A stretch of DNA of 62,999 bases, counting the filler, from Octopus bimaculoides (lineage: Eukaryota), in the NCBI RefSeq assembly GCF_001194135.2. It is 3 parts of 2 records of this genome, joined end to end, with 100 filler letters (N's around TTAATTAATTAA, not from the genome) between each part and the next. Parts side by side here need not be neighbours in the genome. Positions count along the whole stretch, not along the records: positions 50,336 to 62,999 come from NC_068981.1; 2 more parts are not named here. One strand, given 5' to 3'. Every line of letters begins with the position of its first letter. Within the stretch, counting starts at the first letter, position 1. Shown piece by piece: positions 50,479-62,999 of this stretch. The position numbers and the translations under genes are program-made. Below the pieces are notes generated by a model. The model saw only the letters and a list, made by a program, of their open reading frames with translations. It did not search any database and was not told the origin of the DNA.

Positions 50479-52092
50479 CAGGGCGTATTCCGTCATGCAC
50501 ATGCCTACACACGCTGTTACCTGTGTATCACAAATTCGCCTTTCTGCTAAACCACACTCACTGACAAATGCACTCAATCACACCACGTTGCTTGTACCTT
50601 TGGTATTATCAACAGAGGTCGGCTTCGTAACTTCCGAAAGCGACATCTACTGGTCGATTCTCAAGCCAGATATTCCTGTTCTTGACGTCATCTTTCTAAT
50701 ATAAGACCAATCCTTTCAATTCAGCTTATTTTTAGTGAACAGCACTTCTTTATTACCGATGCACCACCTACCTTTAAGTCTCACACTTGCCCTTACCCTA
50801 CACCGAGACACCGTGTATCAAAAATAGATTCTGGTCGAAAACAAGATATTTCATGATAAATTTCGTTGTTGTTGTGGGATTTTTTTTATGGCTCTGGTTA
50901 TTCTTACTGCTGTTGTTGTTGTTGTTGTTGTTGTTGTTTTTGTTGTTTTTGTTGTTATTGTTGCTGTTTATGATGTTATTGTTGGTGGTGGTGGTGGTCG
51001 TCGTCGTCGTGAAGATGTGATGATAGTGGTGGTAGTGGTAGTGATGGCGGTGATGGTGGTCGTGGTGTGGAACTGGTGGTGGTGGTTATAATTGTTGTTG
51101 GTGGTGGTGGTGACGGTGGTGATTGATGGTGAGGTGGTTTTGGTGATGGTTGTGGTCGTGGTGGTGATAGTACCTTAGCAATGGTGCTTGTTGATGGTGA
51201 TTTTAAAGAAAAATACGTGCGCTATTGGTACTGCTGCCGTGACAAACTTCTAATCAAAAGCATTCCGACAGTGACCATCCTGTCTTTTCTAGGCTATGTA
51301 GAACTACATTTTTTTAATGAGCGCTTGTTTAAACTGTTAATGGTCGATGAGTTGATGGTTTGGTATCATGGTAGCGCTGGTACTGGTGGCAGCTCTGATG
51401 AAGAACGATGCTGGTGGCGGTGGTGGTGCTGTTGCTGCTGTTGCTGCTGCTGCTGTTTGTTAGTGCTGCTGTAGTTGCTGCTGTTATGGCAAGCACTGAT
51501 CGACCTGGAACCTTGTCGTCGTAACCGACGGAGTGCCATTTTCTGCGATAGGTTTCCGATTAGTGCAATAGTTAAGTGTAGTGGTTTGAATCCATGATGT
51601 AATGTGGAGAGAGGGATGTGACGTCAACTATTACAATTCCTGAAATATTTTAGCGTATGCTCATAAGGGTGATGAACCTGCATGATGTTATTTCATTTGG
51701 GTTTTCTGTTGCGTTTTATAATTGTTATGATTTTACCCATCTTGTATATTTTGTTAATTTGACAGTGTTGTTAGTTGTAGATGTTCATAAGTGCGATGAT
51801 TTCTTCAAATCCTAGACGTTTTAGGTTAAGGTTTGTGAATTTGTCCAGCTCAACAGCTTTCGAATCTTTAGATTTCTTTAATTTCTTTTATGTCTGATAG
51901 AAAGAAATGCTAGAAGTTACGGTTTCTGGTAAAGGTACATATTTTTAAAATTTATGTTCCTATCTTCTCTGAGTGATTTTTTAGTGGCTATTTTCGGAAA
52001 ATGCATGATAAGAGTATTTATTTTGTATTGCGTTATGGGTATATTATTTGAGATTGTTACAGTAGCATATGGTATAGTATGGTTCTTGTTGA

Positions 52093-52610
52093 TACTAGGT
52101 TGAGGAAAAAGTTCGTGCGCCATGTTAATATAATGATTTTTTATTCAATAATCTATTCAAAAACAACTCTTCTTCTAAATACAGACCATCATTTTCCATG
52201 ACCTGCCAACGATCTGCAAGCTTTCGGAGTTGGTCAATGTACCAATCCTTCGGCTTTGAATCGAAAAATTCTTGATAAGCTTCTTCAACTTCATCGAATG
52301 GCTCAAATCGACGACCTTTCATAAAGGGATGCATTGATCAGAAGAGACCGTAGTCTGATGGAGCAACGTCTGGACTATAGGCTGGATGCGGCAGAACTTC
52401 CACACCGTCCAATTCTTCAATTTTGTTGCTGGTCTTTCTGGCGGTGTGCGGCTTTGCATTGTCTTGTTGAAACAAAGCGCGTTTTCGACGAACACAGTGA
52501 GTCACCATTGAACATGACATAAACTGAATGAACACACACACACACACCACAAAAATATATAAAACAGCATTATTTTAACACGGCGCACGAACTTTTTCCT
52601 CAATCTAATA
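52093..52610 (-). mobile_element. Internally deleted mariner (DD34D) element with both TIRs
   Basis: FQQDNAKPHTA...LPHPAYSPDVAPSDYGLF and FFDSKPKDWY...DGLY; TIRs aggttgaggaaaaagttcgtgcgcc / ggcgcacgaactttttcctcaatcta with TA flanks. Confidence 0.9.
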
Positions 52611-53000
52611 TTATTAACATGTTGAATTACACAATAAACAGTATTACTGTTGTTTTATGGTTTATGTTTGAAATATGTTTACCAGTTTGCCAACTTCGTG
52701 TGGTCTATTATATTTTTTTATTTCCTTGTTTAATTGTTTAATTTTAATCTTTATTTCGGTTGTGTGTGCTGTTGATGAAGTGTGTTTCAAGTTGTCTCTG
52801 GTTTTATGAGATTAGTATTTCTACTAAGTAATATTTTTATCTTATTTTGTTTTAGTTTGTGTTTATAGCTTTCAGGTGTGCGTATAATTTCGTATGTTTT
52901 AAATGTTTGTACTGTAGTGTCTATGTTAGTGTTTGCGTCGATGTTGAATACTGAGAACCTTGATTCTTTTTCTCAGTGGAAATCATTCCATTGGACATTT

Positions 53001-53252
53001 TTAAGCTTTGTAAAGCAATTTATCTTTTATTGATGGATTGGTTGAACGCTCAAGGAAAGTTAATAGGTTGTTTGTAAGTGAATGCAGTAGATAGGTCTGT
53101 TGATGTGGATTGTTTAGGGTAAAAAGAGACTTTAGTTGTGGTGTTATTATTTTACCTCGTTTGTTATCTGCTCTATTTGACAACCAGGATGTGTTATATG
53201 CATTAAAGTTGCCTGCAATTGTGGTCCTTTTGAGAATGATCAAATGTTGCAA
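53001..53252 (-). mobile_element. LINE apurinic-type endonuclease fragment
   Basis: IAGNFNAYNTSWLSNRADNKRGK...LNNPHQQTY resembles the APE motif I.GDFNAH..W.S...D.RG...LN...PTY. Confidence 0.6.
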
Positions 53253-54319
53253 TTGAGGAGGGTTGTTAGTGAGGTCGATGGTAATATGTACATGTACATT
53301 TATATTAAAGTGCTACATGTTAATATTGTTCTTTTTATCGTTATTCTGAAAGCCTGCACTCCTAGTGATGTGTCACACCATCAAAGTTTAAAAATACTGT
53401 TCATTATATCTAAATATGATATGTCTGGTTTTATGTATGTTGTAAAGCACATTTTAACTACGCTGCGAAAACGTCTGCCTGGTCTCATTAGAATATTGAT
53501 TATGCTGTGTTGATGTTGTATTGTGTGGTGATGTCCTTCAATTCCATAAACGTATTTTTGATACCGTTAATGTTGTATTATTTTTGTATTTGCTGCTTGT
53601 TTCAGTTATTAAATTGCGCCATGCTGGGTTAGCGCCTTGGAAAATTTTAGTCGAACGAATCAACCCCAGTGCTTATTTTTTGTTAAGGCAGATAATTATT
53701 CTATCGGTTTCTTGTAGAATATTTTAAGGTTTTTATACCAATTTTCAGTTTAAATGTGTTCTGTATAACCCTCTAACGTCGACGATGGAGACAACAACAG
53801 CACTCCTAGTCTTAATCGTTGCCATCTCTCTTGCTGAAGTTGTTACATTTTCTGTATAGTCATCTGCTTTTCTGAGGTATTAGTTAATAGCATTTGTATT
53901 TTGTAGACTTTGTTACACATTTGCTATATTGATGACTTGAACATTCGAGACCTCTATCGTTGTCCAGTGACGTTCACATGTATTGAAAAAAAATGTTATT
54001 GTGTGTCGTGAAAATTATCATTCAAACAGGAATCAGGCCATGACTATCCCGTCTTTTCCGACATATTGTATTCTGCATTGGTGTATCCTGTATATCTCAC
54101 CATTTTGAAGATGTCCAAGTAGTATCTGAAGAATATTTATCTGCAGTTTCTTCCCCGGTCAAGCGACAGTTTGGAGATTTCCTAGAAGTAATCGTCATAC
54201 TACTGGTGGCAGATTTCATACTAGTTGATCGTTGGAGTCGATGTAATCGACATACGCTCTTCCTCGAAATTGCTAGCCTTGTGCTAAAATTTGAAACCAA
54301 TATTAATAACTTATTAACT

Positions 54320-54510
54320 AAGCGGGAGAACCGGCAGAATCGTGAGCACGCTGGGCAAAGTGCTTAGCGGTATTTCTTCCGCCTTTACATTCTGAGTTCA
54401 AATTCCGCCAAAGTTGACTTCTTCGCCTTTGATCCATTCAGGGTCGATAAAATAAATATCGGTTGAGTACTGAGGTCAAAATTGCTGGTCTTGCGCCAAA
54501 AATTAAATCA
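54320..54510 (+). mobile_element. SINE family A copy outside the gene, CpG-retaining
   Basis: ccggcagaatcgtgagcacgctgggcaaagtgcttagcggtatttcttccgcc...gagttcaaattccgcc. Confidence 0.8.
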
Positions 54511-54702
54511 GTATTACTTTCTTAACTTATATTATATTTAAAAAATCGTTACTTGCACCGTGTACAGTCAGAGCTGGAACGAATATTTGCATATTTATTT
54601 TTATATTGATTAGCAGATATAAGCACTGATCAGCAAATATTTTGTTCGCTGAAAGAATAAACAAAGGCCAGCTGTTTGGCTAGACTCAAGGGTCCGGGGT
54701 AC

Positions 54703-54748
54703 TTCTAGCTGATGAGAGACAACATGTCGAAACACTGGTGTCCCAGAA
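54703..54748 (+). ncRNA. Type I hammerhead-ribozyme-like motif with GUC site
   Basis: TTCTAG-CTGATGA-GA-GACA-aca-TGTC-GAAA-CAC-TG-GTG-TC-CCAGAA. All three helices can form; all core nucleotides present. Confidence 0.6.
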
Positions 54749-55542
54749 TCTTCTGCGCCAATGAATCGTGTGTGTTGAATACACAATCGCCATAGAAGAG
54801 AGAAGTTTTTTCTTCTTTGATGTTCATTACAGCGACCTGCATATTTTGAGTCCGAACCTGCCTAGACGGATGAAGAATAAATATGCAAATACTCGTTTCC
54901 AATCTCGCTGTAGACGGTGCAAATAACGATTTCTTATTGCTGTTGTTACTGTTTTTCATCCCACAATTCAACCGTGTTCAAGTAGATGTCATCGACTCGT
55001 ACTTAATTATTTTACCTGTATTTTGGAATGCGTTGGATTTAAAATCCAACCATTTCAATATGTCACTAATAAATGTCCAAAATAAAACAACCGTAAATAT
55101 ATCTGAGCTTTAGAAAACAAATGTTGGGAAAATTTAACAGTAGTTCTTTTGCGATTTCTTTGAGACTTTTTATTTATTTGCATGAAATTGTTTTGATTAT
55201 TTTCCATTTGGATGTATGTTTAGAAATATCGTCCTCTCTCTTTCCCACGCACTCTCTGCCCAAAGCTAATAAAACAAATTTGGTACAACCACTAAAACTC
55301 CATCAACAAACAACATATTTGAATGAAACAGGTACAACAAATTTACACAAATAGCAAATCTAATCTTTATGTTTCGTCATCAACACTGCCGTCATTTTCG
55401 TTATCATTGTGCAGAAGAATGTTACAGCTAGATATTTTTACTCTCGTACATTTGAACTGTTATGAAGCATGTGATATTCCACTGAGTTATTTGGTCGCAC
55501 TGAATCTCTATTCTTTTATATGTAGTCCGAGGCAAACGTACT

Positions 55543-55607
55543 AGAAACAAGAAATACCTGAAACAAGAAACAAGAAACACCTGAAACAAGAAACAAGAAT
55601 ACCTGAA
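55543..55607. repeat. Short minisatellite of about 23 bp, about 3 copies
   Basis: gaaacaagaaa(t/c)acctgaaacaa repeated. Confidence 0.7.
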
Positions 55608-55826
55608 GTATCACCGATTTTTCTCAACTACAGTTTCTTAACACCGAGTATGTGCGTGTATGTTCCTTAGATCCAGTCAAAGAACGAGAAATGCTGATTT
55701 CTCTCTCTCTCTCTCTCCTTGTATATATATATATATATATNNNNNNNNNNNNNNNNNNNNNNNNNNNNNNNNNNNNNNNNNATATATATCTTTATCTATC
55801 TATCTTTATCTCTCTCTTTCTCTGTG

Positions 55827-55858
<32 letters not shown>

Positions 55859-55930
55859 TGTAGGTATGTAGGTAGGTAGGTAAGTAGGTAGGTAGGTAGG
55901 TAGGTAGGTAGGTAGGTAGGTAGGTATGTG

Positions 55931-56240
55931 CAGATTTGTATGTTTTATGTATGTATTTTCATGCATATATTTGCATATCTAGGCATGCTCATATATAGTT
56001 AAATGATAAACTTCTGGAAAGTTTTACAGATTTTTACAGTTCTAGTGATGGATTGGATCTGTAGTCTTCGAATTAGTTTTCCCCTTTCTGGTTTTCAGAA
56101 GCCTAATTTCTCAAGATGGGTATTTAGGCAGTGTGTTCATATCCCAGGGCCCCAATAATTACAGGTATAAACCTGAACTTATAATCTGAATATAGTGACT
56201 GCAGATTTCTCAACAGTTCAGCATAGGTGCTCTTTTTACT
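55931..56240 (-). mobile_element. R4/Dong-like element 3' fragment, same family as 16466-17380
   Basis: KSTYAELLRNLQSLYSDYKFRFIPVIIGALGY and the shared 3' UTR. Confidence 0.85.
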
Positions 56241-56265
56241 TTTTTTATGTCTGTATGTATGTATA

Positions 56266-56296
<31 letters not shown>

Positions 56297-56494
56297 NNNN
56301 NNNNNNNNNNNNNNNNNNNNNNNNNNNNNNNNNNNNNNNNNNNNNNNNNNNNNNNNNNNNNNNNNNNNNNNNNNNNNNNNNNNNNNNNNNNNNNNNNNNN
56401 NNNNNNNNNNNNNNNNNNNNNNNNNNNNNNNNNNNNNNNNNNNNNNNNNNNNNNNNNNNNNNNNNNNNNNNNNNNNNNNNNCAGAAAACAAACA

Positions 56495-56886
56495 ACATAA
56501 GAACGACCCTTCATCAGTTGTTAGCTATTTTTCTGGTCTCATATTTCGAGCATTTTACAATATACGCTTTCAATAAAACAGTTGCTCCCGCAAAGCAAAT
56601 TAAATAAAATTTGGGATTTTGCGGAGGGTCAAAATTGGGGTGCAGATTTGTATGTTTTGTCTCCACTTCACGTCGTTATGGCTTAACAGCCTTCACCATT
56701 TGTTTTTACTGTTTTGTTCTTACTGTCCTGTTTTTGTTACCACTTTAACCCTCCGCAATAGATCCCAAATTTTATTTTATTTGCTTTACAGGAAGGACTG
56801 TTTTAACGAAGTTGCGTCTTGTCCCTACCTTCGAAACGCGGAGTAGATAAAACAGGGGACATCTAATGAAGGGAACGTTCTTTATG
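56495..56886. repeat. Diverged inverted repeat, arms about 140 bp, spacer about 110 bp
   Basis: The reverse complement of 56495-56634 aligns collinearly with 56744-56886 (accctccgcaa...atcccaaattttattt.atttgcttt...cgaaa...ct(g/a)atgaaggg...ttatgt). Confidence 0.8.
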
Positions 56887-57352
56887 TAACCTGTCTCATT
56901 TCTCTATTTGTTTCTTTCGTTGTTCGAAAAAAAGTTCGTTTTCCATGCTTTTGTTTTTTATGTTCTCGTTTCTCATTTTGTTCACATCTTTTTACGTCCT
57001 GGACTCATATATGCATGTATATATACATATATATGCAGGCATGTACATGTATGTGTGTATATATGCATATATATATATATTATTTATATCATTACAATCA
57101 TACATACATGCATACACACACACATACATACATACATACATACATACATACATACATACATACATACATACATACATACATGCATGCTTGCATGCATACA
57201 TACATACATACCTGCCCCTGAGGCATGATATAGTTGCAAACACTATTTACAATACCACCCGTAGGAAGGATTGCACTGACGCATGTCAGAACCAGCATAT
57301 ATTTAAATGAAACCTGAAGAAAAAACATAAATGGTGATTGCTCCATTTTTAC

Positions 57353-57600
57353 AGATGATTACCGTTTCTCTGAGCTTCCTTGTCGTCGATGACATTTCTG
57401 ATCTTCCGTCTATAACCTCTCAGATGACTATTCAATCCTGCTGCAGATCTGCATAGTTTAAAGCATAGGTGACAGACGAAAGCAGTAATTTCTACTGGAT
57501 TGATCGAATAACTTTATGAGACATGACCTCTGTAAACTGCCATATGTCTCTTCAGATCCGAAATCGTCTTGCAAGCCCTTTCACACATGACACACGTCGA
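57353..57600 (-). mobile_element. 3' end of an RTE-like LINE ORF2 with two zinc-finger-like motifs
   Basis: CHVCERACKTISDLKRHM...VCHLCFKLCRSAAGLNSHLRG, with one internal stop. Confidence 0.65.
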
Positions 57601-57629
57601 ATCACCCAGTCTAAACGCATGCATACATT

Positions 57630-57872
57630 CCCAGAAGTTTAGCATTTAAGTATATATGCGCATGTCTAGACACACAAATATATGTATGAAAATATATACA
57701 CAAAACAAGCATACAAATCTACACATGCACTGACTCCAAATACTGCATATATACGCACATACATGCAAAAATATCTTATTGATGGTGATGAAATTCCAAT
57801 GAAGAATCCTTAGCACTAGGTTAGAAACCGGCTCTTTCTCTATTGGCAAGAAATAATGAGATAAAACTGAAT
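57630..57872 (+). mobile_element. 3' UTR of the R4/Dong-like family, ending in (TACA)n
   Basis: Reverse complement of about 16466-16747; terminus aaactgaat followed by tacatacata. Confidence 0.8.
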
Positions 57873-58667
57873 TACATACATACATACATACATACATACA
57901 CACATACATACATACATACACGCACGCACACACAAACATACACACACACATACATACATACATACATACATACATACATACATACACACATACACACACA
58001 CATACATACATACATATATACATACATACATACAAACATACATACATACATAGAAATGTGTGTGTGAGTATGTGTGCTGTGTGCGTGCATGTATGTGTGT
58101 GTGCATGTATACACAGATTATAAAAGGACTTCGGGAAAAATTTTATCTGCACTCACTCTTCGACAAGATGAGCTTTTACTATAAAGAAGCTTCTATATCA
58201 GTGATTGCAGAAAAATTGGTAAATCTTCCTCAGATCTAAACCTGTCTTGCAAAAACAAAAACAAACAAAACGCAACGGTCACGGCTAGAATGCCCTTGTT
58301 CATAGATCTGTTTTTTTTTTTTGTTTTTTTGTTTTTTTCCCCAGAGCAGTTCTGTACTCTTCGATATTATCTGGCATGTGAGACAATATCGACGAGCACA
58401 GGGGAGGTAACTCATTATTAAAGAGTTGCTTTCCTTATTGTCATTGACACCTCTTCTCTCTATCTGATCGTGTAAAATAAATTTTGTTAGTTTTTTTTAT
58501 GTGTGTTTTTTATTGCTTTCTTCTATAATTAAGCCGACTTCTCTAGCTTAAATCAGTAACTCGTTTATTTCTTTAATGACATATAAGAGAAACACTTTTT
58601 ACTTACGAACGTAGCGTTATTCTGACCGGATTTTAAAATATACAAATATATATTTTATATCACGTGG

Positions 58668-58808
58668 ATTTGGTAGCTTGCTTTCCAACCGCATGATTTC
58701 AGGTTCGGTTCCACTGCGTGGCACCTGGGGCAAGTGTCTTCTACTATAGTCTCGGGCCGACCGAAGCCTTGTGAGTGGATTTGGTAGATGAAAACCGAAT
58801 GAAGCCCG

Positions 58809-58851
<43 letters not shown>

Positions 58852-58995
58852 TTTGTGTTTGTCCCCGTAACCTAGCGATTCGGCAAAAGATTCCGATAGA
58901 ATAAGTACTAGGCTTACAAAGTATAAGTCTTGGGGTCGGTTTGCTCGACTAAAGGTGATGCTTTAGCATGGCCGCAGTCAAATGACTGAAAAGAA
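58668..58995 (+). mobile_element. SINE family B copy outside the gene, with internal (GT)n
   Basis: tggtagcttgctttccaaccgcatgatttcaggttcggttccactgcgtggcacc...aaagaataaaagaat tail. Confidence 0.85.
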
Positions 58996-59019
58996 TAAAA
59001 GAATATATATATATAAGGA

Positions 59020-60455
59020 CTATGAAAGGTCAGACTGACATATCATGTTCGCTAGCGGATGAATCTTGCAGCCAAGAATGAAACCACCAAGCTGCCAGAA
59101 AACTATAGGCACATTGCTTGCCGAAACATGTACAAACTGTAAACAATCTGCCTCAATCAATTCCTCCAGGAGTCCAACAGCATAGTGATAGATGAGCAGG
59201 CTGGTGGAAAGAAGGGAGTATGGAGATGTATGGAGCAACTTTCTATAATCAAAGTTGTGCTATTTGAAGTAAGAAAGTACTGTAGAAACCCAACGACAGT
59301 AAGGCTCGATTATAGTAGAGCGTTCGACTCTATTCCCTACTCATGGCTGCTGAAGTGTCTACATTTGGCAAACTGCTACTTTGGTTGCCGCCTGAGCAGG
59401 ACGATCATCTCCGATTTTTTAATATCCCAAGGAAATACTCTTTCTGTAATTCTGTTCATTTTTGGCAGTGAATGCATTATTATTCCTGCCACAAAAATTA
59501 TATGGCTAGAGACTGCAACTAGAGTCAGCAACTGCCAGAGATATTCATGTAACTCATAATTTCTTTGTAGATGACCAGAAAGTTTATGCTTAAAACGTTA
59601 ACAATGTCAAAAAACAGCAGGATATAGAATGGAATATAGAATGGAATTTGGGCAAAAGAAATGTTTATATTTGATTGAGGAACATAGGAAATTAGTCCTC
59701 CAGACCCAAAACCTACGCATCAACAGTCTTAATATCTCTTTAGTTCCACACAAAGAATGCTACAAATAGCTAGACATTGATGAAAACATCATACGAAGGT
59801 TCTGTAAATAAAGACAGAATAACTCGAGAATACCAGACAATAAGAGAAAAATAAAGCAGTCGGAACTCTCCCCTTACAACAAAACAATATTCCATTATGC
59901 AATTTCAGAACCAGTTCTGATTCCAGCATATGGAATACTTCACTGGTCTGTAGAGGAAACCCACTCTATAGACATTAGAATCTGAAAGATCCTGACATCA
60001 ACTGGAAACTTTCACTGAAAGACTGATATAGAAAGGCTTTATCAAAGTAGAGATAAAGGTGGTAGGGGCGTGGAATCAGTGCAGAGAGCTTTTGAATGCT
60101 GTATAGTCTCTCTCGGACAGCACCTTCTAAACAACAGCAGCAAAAATAAATACATAAGCTAACAGCTGAAAGGCGAAGAGAACATCTCAAATGTTGGTAA
60201 TGAGTTCCTCGGGAAGCACTCCTATACAATCCCAAAACAGACGGATTGACACACCTCAAAGAAGACCTGGATGTGAAACGCCCGGATGCGTGCGTTCGTG
60301 TGTGTATATATGTATATGTGTGCAACTGTATGCATGCATGAATCGATATATACGCATGCGTGTGTGATGTATGTATGTATGTATGTATCGGTCTGCTCAC
60401 CGAGCCATCGGGGTGGTATCATTCAAAAGATACAACAATGCCAGAAAGCGCATTG
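59020..60455 (+). mobile_element. Decayed RT region of an R4/Dong-like retrotransposon
   Basis: QAGGKKGVWRCMEQL...LDYSRAFDSIPYSWLLKCL...QGNTLSVILF...FVDD, later DIERLYQSRDKGGRG; multiple stops and frameshifts. Confidence 0.85.
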
Positions 60456-60579
60456 CGACCATATATATATATATATATATANNNNNNNNNNNNNNNNNNN
60501 NNNNNNNNNNNNNNNNNNNNNNNNNNNNNNNNNNNNNNNNNNNNNNNNNNNNNNNNNNNNNNNNNNNNNNNNNNNNNNN

Positions 60580-60935
60580 AGGGTAGCGGACTCACGGTCA
60601 TAGGATCGCTGTTTAGATTCCCAGATCGGGCCTTGTGATTGTTTATTGAACGAAAATACCTAATGCTCCACGAGGCTCCGGCAGGGGTGATGACGAACCC
60701 TGCTGTACTCTTTCACCACAACTCTCTCTCGCACTTTCTTCTTGTGTCTGTTGTACCTGTATTTGAAAGGGCCAACCTTTCCTGCTCTGTGTCACGCTGA
60801 ATTTCCCTGAGAACTACGTTAAGGGTATACGTGTCTGTGGAGTGCTCAGCTACTTGGACATCAATTTCACGAGCAGGCTGTTCCGTTAATTGGATCAATT
60901 GGAACCCTTGTCGTCGTAACTGGCGGAGTGCCACG
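60580..60935 (+). mobile_element. SINE, third family
   Basis: tRNA-like head remnant after the gap; tail ggaacccttgtcgtcgtaactggcggagtgcca also found at about 51506-51538. Confidence 0.6.
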
Positions 60936-61264
60936 ACTATCCTACAACAAAACGTGCTTAATACTGATTGCATTATATTGATGCATTAATATCGATGGGA
61001 GAGATAACAAAAGCGTGAGGAGGCTTACTTATCTTTGAATCATAAGAGAACGGCAGTACCCACAAATGTTCACAGGACACCCGACGATAGTTGGAGGGAG
61101 GAAGGTATCCTCAAACTGGCGGTCTATCCCAAATGTCTGCAACATAATAGACTTTGGACTAGACAGTGGTATTAAACCTGACGAAGGATTCGGTCTGGGA
61201 CCTCAATATCTTTGTTAATGTTTCTTTATATTGACTACATAGTCATGATAAGATTATATCTACC

Positions 61265-61462
61265 ACCAGGGGATGCTGAAAAGTCCCTGGTTTTAAAGGC
61301 CTGGTTGGAGACCCAACCTTTCGAGTTTTTTTACAGAGATTGGAGGACCGCTGCAATTAGTGTGAATCTGAAATGAGAATACGTTAACTAAAATCATAAT
61401 TTACTAATCTTCCTATATTTTCTTTTACCCAAAGTCAGAAAATTTTTCAGCATCCTCTCGTA
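61265..61462. mobile_element. Mariner-type MITE
   Basis: Imperfect TIRs accaggggatgctgaaaagt / atttttcagcatcctctcgta. Confidence 0.7.
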
Positions 61463-61858
61463 TATCTTCCCAAGACATTACATTTTGAATTAGTGAGGCT
61501 CATGAATTTGGATGAGTTTGTAAAACTGTGAAGAGGAGAGAAATTCCGAGCACATAAGAACTTTTCTAAACCTACAAACTTCACTAACGGTAAGCAACAT
61601 CATCACTTTCCATGGTTTCTACTGTTTTCTGTTAAATCAAATGTTTCGATTTAATCAAATGTTTGCCGTTCAATTGTAGCTTAAACAGCGATAAACCTAA
61701 TACATATGTATATGCAGTGAACCTTATAGATATGTACGAGTATATGCAGGGAATGGCGTTAAAGCTGTGAATTGCAGTTAAACTGAGAGTAATTCCCCTT
61801 GCATTATTGTAGTATCCATTTTAATCGAACAAGTTATTTCCCTTCGAATATAACATTA

Positions 61859-62036
61859 TTAGATTAACTTCAACATTTAACTTTAATTTTCCAAAATATT
61901 TTCATCGCTTTGAGACAGCAACCTGTTCACTGACAAAATTCCGTGCTGCACGGAATTTTGTCAGTGAAAAGGGCGCGGTCTTAAAGCTATGAAAATATTT
62001 TGACAAATTAAATTTAAATGTTGAAGTAAATCTAAC
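61859..62036. repeat. About 178-bp palindrome with perfect 21-bp core arms and 1-nt spacer
   Basis: TTCACTGACAAAATTCCGTGC-T-GCACGGAATTTTGTCAGTGAA at 61926-61968; arms extend imperfectly to ttagattaacttcaacatt / aatgttgaagtaaatctaa. Confidence 0.9.
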
Positions 62037-62945
62037 GGTTTTTCATGTGTTTTTAAATGGGTTATAAAACACCTTTCACGCTGCAATTGTTTTTGTTTCA
62101 GCACGCGATCTCAGATCAGGTCACATTTCTGTAATATAACCTTATTCTTTGATTTAAGATTGAGCGACTTCTTCAAATAAAAATTTTAAACACTGTAATG
62201 GATCTCAATTGTTAGTAGCATAATATATTCTCTATTACATTTATCACTACATACATTATAAAGTTCCTACTACATATTTCGAGTTGTAAGTTTTCTGGAA
62301 AATTATACAAAAAATTTATTCTTTCCAGTGCTTGTGGTTAATCCCAGGTAATCCCTGATCGTACAGACAGAATCAAAGGAGTTCCAGCTGTGACCATTCT
62401 GTATATATTGCTTGTCGAGACCTTTTTTCAACAAATTCTCTTTAATCTAAGATAGTTGGCTGCAAAGGGCGTAAATTTAAGAGAAAGTTTTTTTTCCATT
62501 TTATGTAAGATGAATGATTTCGCAGAGATTCACTCGTTATGCTCTACAGTACATTGATGAGTTATACTTTTTAACTTCAAATTTTAAAACCTTTGTCTGC
62601 ATTATAATTTGAGAGTATTTTCCCACAATATGGAGCACCATTTAATTTAAAACTCTATGTACAAAAAGATGGCTTCTAATGATACATTTCTTATATTTGT
62701 ACAAGAGAACAAATTGAATGAGAGTATGTAGTTGATTGTATACACTTTAAGTACTCGGTTGTTGATAATTTTATCGAGCGCAGGTAAAATCCATGACTAA
62801 AAGATGTATAAATACCTCTTTCGATGTTTTATCAAATTGCGATCACACAGAAAAAAACTGCAATAAGACTAAATTAAAATATCCATACAGATTTTTCCTT
62901 TCCTGAAGTGTGTATACATTTTTGGGGCGGACTCTCTCTCTATCA

Positions 62946-62999
<54 letters not shown>

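Noticed and set aside
61178-61200. CTGACGA-A-GGA-ttcgg-TCT hammerhead-like start
   Set aside because: Followed by GGGA instead of GAAA, and no stem I or III could be built.

Overview
Very AT-rich, microsatellite-dense eukaryotic DNA with assembly gaps. The repeat families I recognise point to an octopus/coleoid cephalopod (inference). The only intact protein-coding gene is a partial tubulin polyglutamylase TTLL9 on the + strand: 8 coding exons at 30780-48987 that splice in frame to 305 aa plus stop. The supplied ORF track misses most of it. One of its introns (36934-37358) is U12 (minor spliceosome) type and is filled with mutually complementary simple repeats. The exons for the first ~140 aa are not visible and probably lie in a fixed-length 100-bp scaffold join at 29022-29121. 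The TTLL9 body (about 29.1-49.7 kb) is visibly CpG-depleted relative to its flanks. Upstream lies an inverted pair of decayed coding paralogs (about 25.4-27.2 kb) that tentatively resemble mollusc ionotropic receptors. The rest is decayed mobile DNA: tRNA-derived SINEs, RTE, R4/Dong-like RLE retrotransposons, Penelope-like elements, Tc1/mariner, a hAT MITE and a Helentron-like end. The most unusual signal is a set of hammerhead-ribozyme-like motifs (9770-9815, 10142-10187, 22294-22369, 54703-54748), two of them in the tail of a tRNA-headed SINE-like element arranged as an inverted dimer. No CRISPR array, rRNA or bona fide tRNA gene is supported. Repeat coordinates are approximate; exon coordinates were read base by base.
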